From NCBI GenBank assembly GCA_002422665.1, contig DITA01000047.1:2700-66699 (forward strand): a DNA stretch of 64,000 nt, given 5' to 3'. Numbering within the stretch: the first letter of the stretch is position 1; each line of letters starts with the position of its first letter. Shown here one piece after another: positions 41,284 to 51,574 of the stretch. The notes below the pieces were generated by a model. The model had not been told where the DNA came from and ran no database searches. It saw only the letters and a program-made list of their open reading frames with translations. Position numbers and translations under genes: made by a program. This stretch comes from Flavobacteriales bacterium UBA6196 (lineage in GTDB: Bacteria > Bacteroidota > Bacteroidia > Flavobacteriales > Weeksellaceae).

Positions 41284-41459
41284 TTGTGCGTTTTACAAAG
41301 AGTAGCAAATTTAAGAATTTGGAAATGATTATGGTCAAATATAAAATAAATTTTCGCGCAGATTGAGGAAATTAGGCTGATTCTTTATAAATATGCTCAA
41401 TCAGTAAAATCAAAGATTTATTTAACATCTTTTCCTTATTTTTACTCAAAATTTTCGCA

Positions 41460-42254
41460 ATGCAATTTAAAGGACAAATTCTCAAAATGTCTTCCGTTAT
41501 CGGAAATCCAATTCAGTATTACCTCAATCTTTCAGGAGATTTAATTTCTATGAATCAGCTATTTGGTAAAAATTTCAACATAAAACATGTTGGTTATCAG
41601 TGTGTAGAATGTGGTAAAGATGAAAAAATCTATAGAATGGGATTTTGTAAAAAATGTTTTTTCGAAAGTCCTTATGCAAGTGATACGATTCTAAAACCAG
41701 AACTTTCTACAGCGCATCTCGGCATTGAAGAGCGTGATTTAGAAGTAGAAAAAGAGATACAATTGCAACCGCATATTGTTTATTTGGCTTATACAGGTGA
41801 TGTAAAAGTTGGGGTAACGCGCGAAAGTCAAGTTCCGACACGTTGGATTGATCAAGGTGCGACTTTTGCCTTGCCAATTGCAAAAACCGATAACCGCTAC
41901 GAAGCGGGAATGATAGAAGTAGAGCTCAAAAAACATATTGCAGATAAAACCAATTGGAGAAAAATGCTTCAAGACGACAGAGAAAGCGATGTAGATTTAT
42001 TGGATTTTCGTAACCAGATTGCAGAACTTTTTCCTAAAGATTTTAAAAATTTTGCGATTGATGGTCAAGAAATGGTGCGTTTAGATTTTCCGTATGAAGC
42101 GCCTGCGAAAATTAATTCTTTCACCCTAGATTCTAAACCAGAGTTTGAAGGGGTGTTAAAAGGAATTAAAGGACAGTATTTGTATTTTAATGATGGTGAT
42201 TTTATTAATGTGAGAAGCCACGAAGGTTATGTGATTGAACTTGATATTCAATGA
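41460..42254 (+). CDS. DUF2797-family protein
   Basis: CxxC..CxxC, HIVYLA..KVGVT..RWIDQGA and GIKGQYL motifs. Confidence 0.85.
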   Translation: MQFKGQILKMSSVIGNPIQYYLNLSGDLISMNQLFGKNFNIKHVGYQCVECGKDEKIYRMGFCKKCFFESPYASDTILKPELSTAHLGIEERDLEVEKEIQLQPHIVYLAYTGDVKVGVTRESQVPTRWIDQGATFALPIAKTDNRYEAGMIEVELKKHIADKTNWRKMLQDDRESDVDLLDFRNQIAELFPKDFKNFAIDGQEMVRLDFPYEAPAKINSFTLDSKPEFEGVLKGIKGQYLYFNDGDFINVRSHEGYVIELDIQ

Positions 42255-42341
42255 TATAACTGAATTATAAAACTTGAAATAAAATAAGAAACTGCTGTAA
42301 TCTTGTAACCCAAAAAGCTAATAACCAAATACTTTTGCTCT

Positions 42342-44459
42342 ATGAAGAGAGCTTTACGAATTCTATTTTCCGTTATTTTTGGGTTTGCTGTGCTTTTGGT
42401 TTCGGCAAATCTGTATTTCCATTATTGGTTGCAGCATCATTTGCCTCAGTACATCGAAAATAAATCTCCGTATCATATTCATTATCAGGATTTAAACATA
42501 GAATTTATAAGCGGAAATATTTCTGCTAGTAAAGTTAAAATTACTCCAAAACATATAAATAATCGAAAACTTTTACAGCTTAACGGAACTGTAGATTCTC
42601 TTTTTATTTCAAATCTTGGGATTTATGATGCTATTTTAAATAAGAAAATTAATGCTAAATATGTAAAACTTTTTCGTCCAAATCTTCAGATTGTTCTACC
42701 TGAAAATCAACAAGGTGATAAGAAAAATAAGCGACCTTTAATTTCTAAAAATTTGATGATTGAAGACGGCAATATTGAAATCTTAAGATTTGATAAAAGT
42801 AAATTTTTGTCGATTGAAAATTTAAGTTTAAATATTGAAAATCTGAAACTTACAGAGAAAGATGTTACCCGTAAATTGCCAATTGTTTTTGACCAATATT
42901 CTATAAAAAGTAAAGCTTTTCATTTTTATCCAGACGAAGTGTATCACATTTCTGCCACCGAAATTAATACAGAAAATGGACAAATGTCTGTTACAGATTT
43001 TTCAATGAAACCTTGGATGAGTTTTTCTGAATTTTCAAGAAAATTTCCTAGAAAATCACTTTTGGATATTTATTCTCAAAAAATGAATTTCAAAGATATT
43101 GTACTGAAGAAGAACAAGATTAGTTTGTCTGAAGTTCGGTTTTCTGAGCCTAATTTAACGGTGTATTCTTCTGAAAATCAGTATAAAAACAAATATAAGC
43201 CTTTTACTTATATTGTTGAATTACAAAATGTTTTCTTTGATAATGGAAAAGCAAAAATTATCAAAAACGGACAAAATAAGTTTTCCGTAGACAATGTGAA
43301 TGCTCATTTTGAACAATTGGTTTTAGATGAAAAAAACACCAAAAATGAATTGCCTTTTCGATATGACAATTACCAAATTTCGGGAAGAAATATTTTTTTA
43401 GATGCTGGAAAATTCTATCAGTTGTTCATTAAGAATGCTGATTTTCAGAAAAATTCAATGGATTTAAGAGGATTGCATTTACAACCTAAGTTTACTAAAA
43501 CCCAGTTTACTTCCAAAATTTCTACCGAAAAAGATTGGTATAATGTAAAAATTGCACAAACGAGAATTACTGATTTTCATTGGAAATTAAAAGATAGCCA
43601 ACCAATAATAATTGTTGGTAATGTATTGATTAACAATTTACAAGCTCAAATTTACAGAAGTAAAAGTCCTAAAGATGATCTAACTAGAAAAAAACTTTAC
43701 AGTGAATTGCTCCGTTCCATAAATTTTCCTCTTCTAGTGAAAAATTTGAATATTAGAAATTCAAATTTGGTTTATGAAGAGGATTTACCGAATGGAAATA
43801 AACCTGGGAAACTGACTTTCAGCCAATTTAATTTAAATGCACAAAATCTCAATTCAAATAAAGGTTTCAAAAATACGGTTGTTCCGATTAAAATTCATAC
43901 CCAATTTATGAATGTAGCGCCTATGAAAGTAAACTGGAGTTTTGATACGGCAAATCTTCAGGATGACTTTTCGATTTCAGGGCAAATTAATGATTTACCA
44001 GCCGAAAGTATTAACGCTTTTGTTACGCCCTATTCTCATAAAAAAGTAGAAGGAAATATTCACGAAGTGCGATTTAATTTCAAAGGAAATAGAAATGAAA
44101 TTTCTGGAAATTACACGATGAAACATGAAAATGTGAAAGTGAAAGTTTTAGATGAAAAAACTAAAAAAGAGAAGAAAGTATTGAGTGCCGTTACAAATTT
44201 AATCGTCCGAACCAATTCTAAATCCGAAACTGAAAATGTAGTAGTTCACACCACTAGAAATCCTACGAAATCATTTTTTAATTTACTTTGGAAAGGAGTA
44301 GAAGAAGGTTTAAAGAAAACTTTGGTGGGTAAAAATGTAGAAAAAACGGAGAAAACGGTAAAACAGGTAAAGCAAAAGTTAGGTTTGCAAGATTCTGTAA
44401 ATCAAAAAGAAAAGCCTAAAAAAGAAAAAGGATTTTTTAAAAATTTATTCAAAAAATAA
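42342..44459 (+). CDS. AsmA/DUF748-like membrane-anchored beta-rich protein
   Basis: N-terminal TM, repetitive beta strands, C-terminal R.PTKSFFNLLW. Confidence 0.65.
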   Translation: MKRALRILFSVIFGFAVLLVSANLYFHYWLQHHLPQYIENKSPYHIHYQDLNIEFISGNISASKVKITPKHINNRKLLQLNGTVDSLFISNLGIYDAILNKKINAKYVKLFRPNLQIVLPENQQGDKKNKRPLISKNLMIEDGNIEILRFDKSKFLSIENLSLNIENLKLTEKDVTRKLPIVFDQYSIKSKAFHFYPDEVYHISATEINTENGQMSVTDFSMKPWMSFSEFSRKFPRKSLLDIYSQKMNFKDIVLKKNKISLSEVRFSEPNLTVYSSENQYKNKYKPFTYIVELQNVFFDNGKAKIIKNGQNKFSVDNVNAHFEQLVLDEKNTKNELPFRYDNYQISGRNIFLDAGKFYQLFIKNADFQKNSMDLRGLHLQPKFTKTQFTSKISTEKDWYNVKIAQTRITDFHWKLKDSQPIIIVGNVLINNLQAQIYRSKSPKDDLTRKKLYSELLRSINFPLLVKNLNIRNSNLVYEEDLPNGNKPGKLTFSQFNLNAQNLNSNKGFKNTVVPIKIHTQFMNVAPMKVNWSFDTANLQDDFSISGQINDLPAESINAFVTPYSHKKVEGNIHEVRFNFKGNRNEISGNYTMKHENVKVKVLDEKTKKEKKVLSAVTNLIVRTNSKSETENVVVHTTRNPTKSFFNLLWKGVEEGLKKTLVGKNVEKTEKTVKQVKQKLGLQDSVNQKEKPKKEKGFFKNLFKK

Positions 44460-44481
44460 ACCGCAGAAATTTCTGCGGTTT
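44458..44481. terminator. Terminator between convergent genes
   Basis: AAACCGCAGAAATTTCTGCGGTTT perfect palindrome. Confidence 0.8.
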
Positions 44482-44502
44482 GATTTTATGGTAGATTAGA
44501 AA

Positions 44503-46617
44503 TTATTTTTTCAATTCTTTAATTCCCATTTCATAGAGTGCAAAACTCATCAAATCTGTGTTTTCGCCGATGACTTGGTCTGTACTTCTACCAGCTCCAT
44601 GTCCTGCATTTACTTCAATTCTGATTAAAGCAGGGTTGTTACAACTTTGTTTTTCTTGTAATTCTGCTCCGAATTTAAAAGAGTGCGCCGGAACTACTCT
44701 GTCATCATGATCGCTCGTAATAATCATCGTAGAAGGATAACAAACGCCTTTTCTCACATTGTGAACTGGTGAGTATGATTTCAAATATTCGAACATTTCT
44801 TTTGAATCTTCCGCTGTTCCGTAATCGAAAGACCAACCAGCTCCTGCAGTAAATTTATTGTATCTCAACATATCAAGAACACCAACTCCAGGAAAAGCTA
44901 CTTTCGCTAAATCAGGTCTCATCGTCATGGTTGCGCCCACTAATAAACCACCGTTTGAACGACCAGAAAGTGCCATAAATTCTGGCGAAGTGTAACCGTT
45001 TTTCTGTAAATATTCACCTGCAGCTATAAAATCTTCAAAAACATTTTTCTTTTGCATTTGTGTTCCAGCTACGTGCCATTTTTTACCATATTCACCGCCT
45101 CCTCTAAGATTCGGAACGGCATAAATTCCGCCGTTTTCCATCCAGATTGCATTCACTACTGAGAAATTTGGGGTTACAGAAATATTGAAACCGCCGTAAC
45201 CATATAAAATAGTTGGATTTTTGCCGTTTAGTTTAATTCCTTTTTTGTAAGAAATCATCATGGGCACTTTTGTTCCATCTTTTGAAGTGAAAAATACTTG
45301 CTCAGAAACATAATCTTCAGGATTGAATTTTACATTTGGTTTTTGGTAAATTTCAGAAGTTCCGTTTTCTACATTGAATTTATAAGTAGTTCCCGGCGTG
45401 ATATAATTGCTGAAAGAGTAATACAATTCTTTTACAGTTTCTTTGCCGCCAATATTAGAAGCAGTTCCAATTCCAGGAAGAGTGATTTCTCTGATTAATT
45501 TACCGTTATAATCGAACTGTTTCATGTAAGAGACAGCATCTTTCATGTATTTAGCGAAGATATAACCACCACCAGTCGAAGCGCTTAACACGTTTTCGGT
45601 TTCTGGGATAACGTCTGTCCAAACAGAAGGATTTTTAATGTCAAATTTCTGCAATTTCATGTTTGGAGCATTTTTATCGGTCATGATGTAGATAAAATCT
45701 CCTTTGGTGTCTAAAACATCCGTATTGTAATCATATCCTTTTTGAATCGCAATCCATTCGGTGTTATTTTTAAGGTCTTTCACGTACAATTCATTTCCGT
45801 TGGTTGCAGTTGCAGCACTTAGAATCAAGAATCTTTCGTCATCTGAAACTCCAATGTTCATGTATCTGCGTTTGAAATTATCATCGCCGATGATATGTTT
45901 GTCTTCGGATTGCTTGGTTCCTAATTTATGGAAATAAACTTTGTGCATATCTGTTTTTACAGAAAGCTCAGAGCCTTGTACTTTTCCGTAAGTAGAGTAG
46001 AAGAAACCTTCGTCTCCCAACCAAGAAGCGCCAGAAAATTTAACATCGGTAATGGTTTCGTCTATTTTTTCTTTGGTAATAGCATTGATGATGACAATCT
46101 TTTGCCAATCACTTCCTCCTTCAGAAATATTGTAGGCAGCAAGCGTTCCTTTTTTGTTAAAAGACAAGCCAGACATAGAAGTAGTTCCTTTTTCTGAAAA
46201 TTTATTTGGGTCAAGGAAAACTTCGGTGTTGCCATTTTTATCCGTTCTGTAGAGTACAGATTGTGCTTGTAAACCGTCATTTTTGTAGAAATACGTGTAG
46301 TCTCCTTCTTTAAATGGAGCAGAAATTTTCTCGTAGTTCCAAATGTTTTTTAACTGTGCACGAATTTCTTCACGAAACGGAATTTGATTAAGATAATTTT
46401 GTGTAAAAGCCACTTCACGCTGAACCCAATCTTTAGTATCTTCAGCGCGATCGTCTTCTAACCAACGATAAGGATCTGCTACTTTAGTTCCAAAATATTC
46501 GTCCGTATGTTCTACTTTTTTGGTTTCAGGATAGTTCAATGAATTTTTCATAACTTGTGATGAGCACGAGGCAAGAAACAAACTTGCTAATGCCATAGTG
46601 AATGTATTGATTTTCAT
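44503..46617 (-). CDS. Prolyl oligopeptidase (S9A), lipoprotein
   Basis: DPYRWLE, GRSNGG, DHDDRV and AGHGAG catalytic triad; lipobox LASC. Confidence 0.95.
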   Translation of the reverse strand: MKINTFTMALASLFLASCSSQVMKNSLNYPETKKVEHTDEYFGTKVADPYRWLEDDRAEDTKDWVQREVAFTQNYLNQIPFREEIRAQLKNIWNYEKISAPFKEGDYTYFYKNDGLQAQSVLYRTDKNGNTEVFLDPNKFSEKGTTSMSGLSFNKKGTLAAYNISEGGSDWQKIVIINAITKEKIDETITDVKFSGASWLGDEGFFYSTYGKVQGSELSVKTDMHKVYFHKLGTKQSEDKHIIGDDNFKRRYMNIGVSDDERFLILSAATATNGNELYVKDLKNNTEWIAIQKGYDYNTDVLDTKGDFIYIMTDKNAPNMKLQKFDIKNPSVWTDVIPETENVLSASTGGGYIFAKYMKDAVSYMKQFDYNGKLIREITLPGIGTASNIGGKETVKELYYSFSNYITPGTTYKFNVENGTSEIYQKPNVKFNPEDYVSEQVFFTSKDGTKVPMMISYKKGIKLNGKNPTILYGYGGFNISVTPNFSVVNAIWMENGGIYAVPNLRGGGEYGKKWHVAGTQMQKKNVFEDFIAAGEYLQKNGYTSPEFMALSGRSNGGLLVGATMTMRPDLAKVAFPGVGVLDMLRYNKFTAGAGWSFDYGTAEDSKEMFEYLKSYSPVHNVRKGVCYPSTMIITSDHDDRVVPAHSFKFGAELQEKQSCNNPALIRIEVNAGHGAGRSTDQVIGENTDLMSFALYEMGIKELKK

Positions 46618-46644
46618 TTGTTGAGAATTTTCTCAAAAATAAAT

Positions 46645-46670
46645 AAAAAAACCGAAGAAGTTCTTCGGTT
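46645..46670 (-). terminator. Intrinsic terminator after T9SS cargo gene
   Basis: AACCGAAGAA/TTCTTCGGTT stem with minus-strand U-tract. Confidence 0.75.
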
Positions 46671-46679
46671 GGTGTGGAA

Positions 46680-47855
46680 TTATTTTTTTTCGACTTTAAA
46701 GTTCTTAAAACCTTTATCATTTTTTATGACTAAGTAGTAAATTCCTTTAGGATAAGAGGTTATGATGATTTTATCAGTATTAGGAATACTTTGCAAAACT
46801 TTTCCAGATGAGTCCATTAAGGTTAAGTGATATTTTTCTGAGGTTTTGCTCTGTACATACACAAAATCACTACTTGGATTAGGGTAAATATTTACCGAAA
46901 GTTCTGGTTTCATAATGTCATCTGTGGCTAATCCTGAAGATGTAGCCAACCAAATTACAGAATTAATTAAAAGAGGTCTATGATTTCCTGAAGCATCTGC
47001 AAAATACCCGTCATATAAATTATCTCCAGTGTCTCCAGTTCCATCATCAGGAACGGAACTGTCTCCTAATGCGCAAACTTTTCCAGCTCCGTAAGTTGCA
47101 GTAGCAAACATTACATTGGTAGTTCCTGTGGTTGAAGCCCCTGTTTTAAAAACCAAACCTTGAACGGAAGGATTAGCGGTTTTATTAAGCGTCATACTTG
47201 CACCCGCAGAAAACTGCATAGCACTAGGAGTTCCAGCGCTTCCATTTAAAATAGTATTAGAAGGAATATTTGCAAAATTAGTAGTAGTTTGTGAAAAACT
47301 TACTACATCAAAGGTAATCCCGAAAGGATTGGCAACTACAGAATTGGTAGAAACTAAATCGTTCCAAATAGCTGGAGAATCCCAACCGTCACCATTTCTA
47401 TCGCTATTGTCATGGTCGGCAATCATATAAAGTCCGCCTCCGTTTTTCACGAAATTAATAATAGCGTCTTTTTCTGCCATCGTAAATTGGCTATTTGGCT
47501 CGGTAACGATAAATACTTTGTATTTACTTAAGTCTTGTACATTGTTAGCATCATTATAAGTGATTTTTCCAGAAATAGGTAATGTTTCTACGTAATATCC
47601 TTGTTTAACTAAATCAATTGCCCATGCACTTATTCCTCCGTTCCAATAAGTTTCTGAGGTAGAAGCGGTAATTCCGCTTTGTGCGGGAGTAGGAATTCTT
47701 TGTGGATTAGATTCTCCACCAGATTTAGAATCTGCATCAATTACCCAATCTGCATTTCCTGCCATTTCGGCTTTTGTAGCATCAAATAAAATTTTGATTT
47801 GGGCATTAGTTGATAAAAATACAATTAAGGTAAAAACGGATAATATTTTTTTCAT
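46680..47855 (-). CDS. T9SS type A cargo protein with GATase-like N-terminal domain
   Basis: Signal peptide from ATG 47855; FVKNGGGL; C-terminal IYPNP..G.YYL..K Por sorting domain. Confidence 0.85.
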   Translation of the reverse strand: MKKILSVFTLIVFLSTNAQIKILFDATKAEMAGNADWVIDADSKSGGESNPQRIPTPAQSGITASTSETYWNGGISAWAIDLVKQGYYVETLPISGKITYNDANNVQDLSKYKVFIVTEPNSQFTMAEKDAIINFVKNGGGLYMIADHDNSDRNGDGWDSPAIWNDLVSTNSVVANPFGITFDVVSFSQTTTNFANIPSNTILNGSAGTPSAMQFSAGASMTLNKTANPSVQGLVFKTGASTTGTTNVMFATATYGAGKVCALGDSSVPDDGTGDTGDNLYDGYFADASGNHRPLLINSVIWLATSSGLATDDIMKPELSVNIYPNPSSDFVYVQSKTSEKYHLTLMDSSGKVLQSIPNTDKIIITSYPKGIYYLVIKNDKGFKNFKVEKK

Positions 47856-47937
47856 AAATAAACTTGCTATAAAAAGGGAAGCGAAGTTAAAGATTTTCAC
47901 CACAATAGCAAATATTTTTTTAATGAAATATAACATG

Positions 47938-47965
47938 AAAAAACCTCAGCGAAAAGCTGAGGTTT
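47938..47965 (-). terminator. rplU-rpmA terminator
   Basis: AAACCTCAGC/GCTGAGGTTT stem. Confidence 0.8.
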
Positions 47966-47987
47966 CTAAATTTTTATAACGCTTAAA

Positions 47988-48245
47988 TTATGCGTTTGGT
48001 TCTACAGATACAAAAGATCTGTTGTTTGCTTTCTTAGTAAAAACTACTTTACCGTCTACTAATGCATGCAAAGTGTGGTCTTTACCCATTCCCACGTTTT
48101 CACCTGGGTGGTGTTGTGTACCTCTTTGTCTTACAATAATATTACCAGCAATAGCGCTTTGTCCACCGAAAATCTTCACACCTAATCTTTTAGAGTGAGA
48201 TTCTCTACCGTTTTTGGAACTACCAACTCCTTTCTTGTGTGCCAT
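47988..48245 (-). CDS. rpmA: 50S ribosomal protein bL27
   Basis: [21 protein letters not shown]. Confidence 0.99.
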   Translation of the reverse strand: MAHKKGVGSSKNGRESHSKRLGVKIFGGQSAIAGNIIVRQRGTQHHPGENVGMGKDHTLHALVDGKVVFTKKANNRSFVSVEPNA

Positions 48246-48274
48246 TTTATTTTAAGGTTTTTTGGTTTTTAAAA

Positions 48275-48703
48275 TTAATCTTCAGTGTCTTTTTTTGCAG
48301 TTTTTTTAGCAGCTGGTTTCTTAGCTGGTTTTTCTTCTGCTACTACTTCTTCAGTTGTTTCTTTTTTGGTAGCTTTTTTAGCTTTTGGAGCATCTGCACC
48401 ACCAATTGATACAATTTGAATTTGAGTTAATTGTTGTCTGTGACCATTTTTCACTTTGTAACCTTTTCTTCTTTTCTTTTTGAAAACGATTACTTTATCT
48501 GCTTGTACATGGTCTAGGATTTCTGCTTGTACAGAAACACCTTCTACAGCTGGGGCACCTACAGTGATTGCTCCGTCAATAGTAAGAAGAACTTTGTCAA
48601 AAGAAACGTTGTCTCCTTTTTCTCCTTTTAAACGGTTTACAAACAACTTTTGGTTTTGCTCAACTTTGTATTGAAGCCCTGCTATCTCTACGATTGCTAA
48701 CAT
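48275..48703 (-). CDS. rplU: 50S ribosomal protein bL21 with K/A/E-rich tail
   Basis: GLQYKV and FKKKRRKGY..GHRQ motifs. Confidence 0.97.
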   Translation of the reverse strand: MLAIVEIAGLQYKVEQNQKLFVNRLKGEKGDNVSFDKVLLTIDGAITVGAPAVEGVSVQAEILDHVQADKVIVFKKKRRKGYKVKNGHRQQLTQIQIVSIGGADAPKAKKATKKETTEEVVAEEKPAKKPAAKKTAKKDTED

Positions 48704-48829
48704 TGTTTATAATTTTTTTAGTTAATTCAGGGTGCAAAAGTAAGAAATATTTTTGAGTTATCCACAATAATGCTAAAATTTTTTATTTGAACTGAAAATC
48801 TGTACTTTTGAAATTACTTAATAAACTTT

Positions 48830-49942
48830 ATGAAACGAGACCTCTACATTGATTTTGCCAAAGGCTTGGCTACTCTTTCCATTATTTTTATTCATACTGC
48901 TTTTTGGAGTGGTCAACTTTATCTTCCTTCGGAAGTGAGAACGCTGAGTTTACTCATAGATGTTCCTGTGTTTTTTGCTTTAAGTGGCTTAACTTCTGGG
49001 AATAATGTAGAGAAAACCTTGTACAGATTGCTGAAACTTCAAGTCACCTATATGATTTTCGTGACGTTCTTGTTTTTCTTGGATGGATTTATGAAACTCG
49101 GAATCTTTAATATTTTTGGAGCAGAAGGAATGCAATCTTATTACACCGTTTTCGGAACTAAATATGGTGTGCCAAATTTAGATTCAGCATTTAATTGGGA
49201 TATGCTCGGCAATTGGTGGCTTCACAGTTATAGCAATTGTGATAGTTTTCCTGTAGTGATGGGAAGTTTCTGGTATCTTAAAGTCTATTACATCGTAACT
49301 GTTTTTGGAGTTTTAGCTTTGAAATTTTTCCCAAAACACATCAAATGGTTAATAGGAGTTTGTTTAGCGCTCACGATTTATTTCAATATTGATAATGATG
49401 TAATGAAAAACTTTGCACCATATTATCCGAGCGGACAAGTTGGTTATGTTGCTTTTTATCTTGCCATTTTCTTAATCGCCACTCAATTAAAAGGAAGAAG
49501 AATTAAAAATGTTTTTGTTCCTGTGTTGTATGGATTGGTAGCTTTGAGTTTGGTTTTGGTTTTTTGGTATTTTGGGAACGAAGTTTTCTATAAATTCAAT
49601 AAACAAAAGTTTCCGCCAAAAATTCCTTACATCGTTTGGAGTTTACTTTCTTTAGTGACGATTTTTGTACTATATAACCGATTGAAAATCACCAAAGACA
49701 ATTTCATTAACTACATTGGTAAAAACGCCATTTTCTATTATTTTGCGCAAGGAATGAGCTCTTCAGTAGTGTATTTTTTAATTCCGCCACTCAAAGACAG
49801 CATAAATATTTGGGTTTTGATGGTGATTGTATATGTTTTGAATGTGATTTTAGCCATCCTTTTCGCAGAAGTTTTGAAGAAAATAGACGATTACGGATGG
49901 AAAATTTTAGAATTTCTAAGAAAGAAAACTGCCGAGAATTAA
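48830..49942 (+). CDS. Acyltransferase-3 family membrane protein
   Basis: RDLYIDFAKG..H, VPVFFALSG and FWYL motifs. Confidence 0.85.
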   Translation: MKRDLYIDFAKGLATLSIIFIHTAFWSGQLYLPSEVRTLSLLIDVPVFFALSGLTSGNNVEKTLYRLLKLQVTYMIFVTFLFFLDGFMKLGIFNIFGAEGMQSYYTVFGTKYGVPNLDSAFNWDMLGNWWLHSYSNCDSFPVVMGSFWYLKVYYIVTVFGVLALKFFPKHIKWLIGVCLALTIYFNIDNDVMKNFAPYYPSGQVGYVAFYLAIFLIATQLKGRRIKNVFVPVLYGLVALSLVLVFWYFGNEVFYKFNKQKFPPKIPYIVWSLLSLVTIFVLYNRLKITKDNFINYIGKNAIFYYFAQGMSSSVVYFLIPPLKDSINIWVLMVIVYVLNVILAILFAEVLKKIDDYGWKILEFLRKKTAEN

Positions 49943-49970
49943 TGTAAATTTGCAAAAAATTAGAAATAAA

Positions 49971-50549
49971 ATGTTCAAATTAAAATTACCTACAGATCCA
50001 CGTTGGGCAAATATAGCAGAAGGAAATTTAGAAGAAATCCTTACAGATCACGCTTGGTGCGAACAAAAAGCTGCCACTAATGCGATTGGTTTAATCACCA
50101 TGATTCCTGAACATACAGAAATTGTGACCGAACTTTTGGCAATTGCCCAAGAAGAAATGGACCATTTCAATCAAGTGCACGAAATCATCAAAAAAAGAGG
50201 TTATATTTTAGGAAGAACCAGAAAAGACGATTATGTAAATCAACTTTTTAAATTCATTATTCAAGGAAGTAGAGAAGATTTAATTATAGACAAAATGCTT
50301 TTCGCAGCGATGATTGAAGCGAGAAGTTGTGAGCGTTTTAAAGTTTTGACAGAAAACATAAAAGACGAAGAACTGAAAGAATTCTACAAAGAGCTCATGA
50401 TTTCTGAAGCCAATCATTACACCACTTTCATCAGTTTCGCAAGACAATTAGGAGACCCAGAAAAAGTAAACAAACGCTGGGAAGAATGGTTAGAATATGA
50501 AGGAGAAATCATAAAATCTTACGGAAATAAAGAAACCATTCATGGTTAA
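49971..50549 (+). CDS. miaE: MiaE-like tRNA hydroxylase (ferritin-like di-iron)
   Basis: DHAWCEQKAA, EEMDHF, IEARSCERF and SEANH motifs; ATG 49971 after TAAATTTG. Confidence 0.85.
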   Translation: MFKLKLPTDPRWANIAEGNLEEILTDHAWCEQKAATNAIGLITMIPEHTEIVTELLAIAQEEMDHFNQVHEIIKKRGYILGRTRKDDYVNQLFKFIIQGSREDLIIDKMLFAAMIEARSCERFKVLTENIKDEELKEFYKELMISEANHYTTFISFARQLGDPEKVNKRWEEWLEYEGEIIKSYGNKETIHG

Positions 50550-50553
50550 AAAC

Positions 50554-50585
50554 AAAAAAGCTCATCAAAAATTGATGAGCTTTTT
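50554..50585. terminator. Bidirectional terminator
   Basis: AAAAAGCTCATCAA/TTGATGAGCTTTTT. Confidence 0.85.
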
Positions 50586-50602
50586 GGTAAAATTAAAAGG
50601 GA

Positions 50603-50809
50603 TTAATCTTTGTTGCCACTTCTTGATACAATCGCGATAATTGTAATAAGTGCTACTGCACCTATAACCCAATAAAGTGGATTAGTGTACCATTCTTCTG
50701 TGGTGGTAGTGGTAGAAGTGGTTACTTCTACTGCTTTTTCTTGTGCAAATGCTAAAAAGCTTACCAATAATGCAAATAAACTTGCACTCATTTTCTGTAA
50801 ATTTTTCAT
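50603..50809 (-). CDS. Small exported membrane protein
   Basis: Signal peptide (AFA-QE), poly-Thr linker, C-terminal TM. Confidence 0.75.
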   Translation of the reverse strand: MKNLQKMSASLFALLVSFLAFAQEKAVEVTTSTTTTTEEWYTNPLYWVIGAVALITIIAIVSRSGNKD

Positions 50810-50938
50810 AGGTTTTGTGATTTAATAGTTGTTAATATTTTGGTGTGGTAAAAGTAGAATGAAACATTAAAATTTAGTTTATATTTTTTATCAGAAAGTT
50901 TATGAAATTATTATCTTTACTGCGATATTTTTAAGAAA

Positions 50939-51574
50939 GTGAGAATTAAAAAGCCAAAACCCGAAGACTACTTAAATCTTTTCGTGAAATCTTTCTTGAA
51001 AGGACTGATTATCATTGGTCCTATCGCGGCTACTTTGTATCTCATTTTTTTGGTTTTTGACACGATTGATAACATCATTCCGTTTGAAAAATTCTTTCCT
51101 TTCCTCAATAGAACTGGCGTTGGTTTTTTGTCTTTGATTCTATTTATTTCTGGAGTAGGTTATTTCTTTAACAAATTTGTTTTTGGTAAAGTAGTTTTCG
51201 AAAGTTTAGACCATTTTTTAGAAAAAACACCAGGAGTAAAACATATTTATACGCCGACAAAAGATGTAATGTCTTCATTTGTAGGAGATAAGAAAAAATT
51301 TAACACGCCAGTTTGGGTAAAAACCAATGAAAATCCAGAAATATGGAGAATAGGATTTTTGACTCAAAAAGAAATGGGCGAAGTTGAAAAACACAATTTC
51401 GTGGCGGTGTATTTGCCTCATTCTTACGCTATTTCTGGCTGGGTAATTGTCACCGAAGAAAAAAATATAAAACCTGTAGTGGGAATGAACGCTGCCGAAG
51501 CAATGAAATTTGCCGTTTCTGGTGGAGTAGCAGGTTTCCACAGTGATAAAAACGTTTTCAAAGCACCGGAATGA
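50939..51574 (+). CDS. DUF502-family membrane protein
   Basis: FLKGL..IGP, PGVKHIY, IGFLT, VYLPHS and VSGG motifs. Confidence 0.85.
   Translation: MRIKKPKPEDYLNLFVKSFLKGLIIIGPIAATLYLIFLVFDTIDNIIPFEKFFPFLNRTGVGFLSLILFISGVGYFFNKFVFGKVVFESLDHFLEKTPGVKHIYTPTKDVMSSFVGDKKKFNTPVWVKTNENPEIWRIGFLTQKEMGEVEKHNFVAVYLPHSYAISGWVIVTEEKNIKPVVGMNAAEAMKFAVSGGVAGFHSDKNVFKAPE

Noticed and set aside
48275-48400. K/A/E-rich bL21 extension
   Set aside because: Such tails are common on bL21 in this phylum
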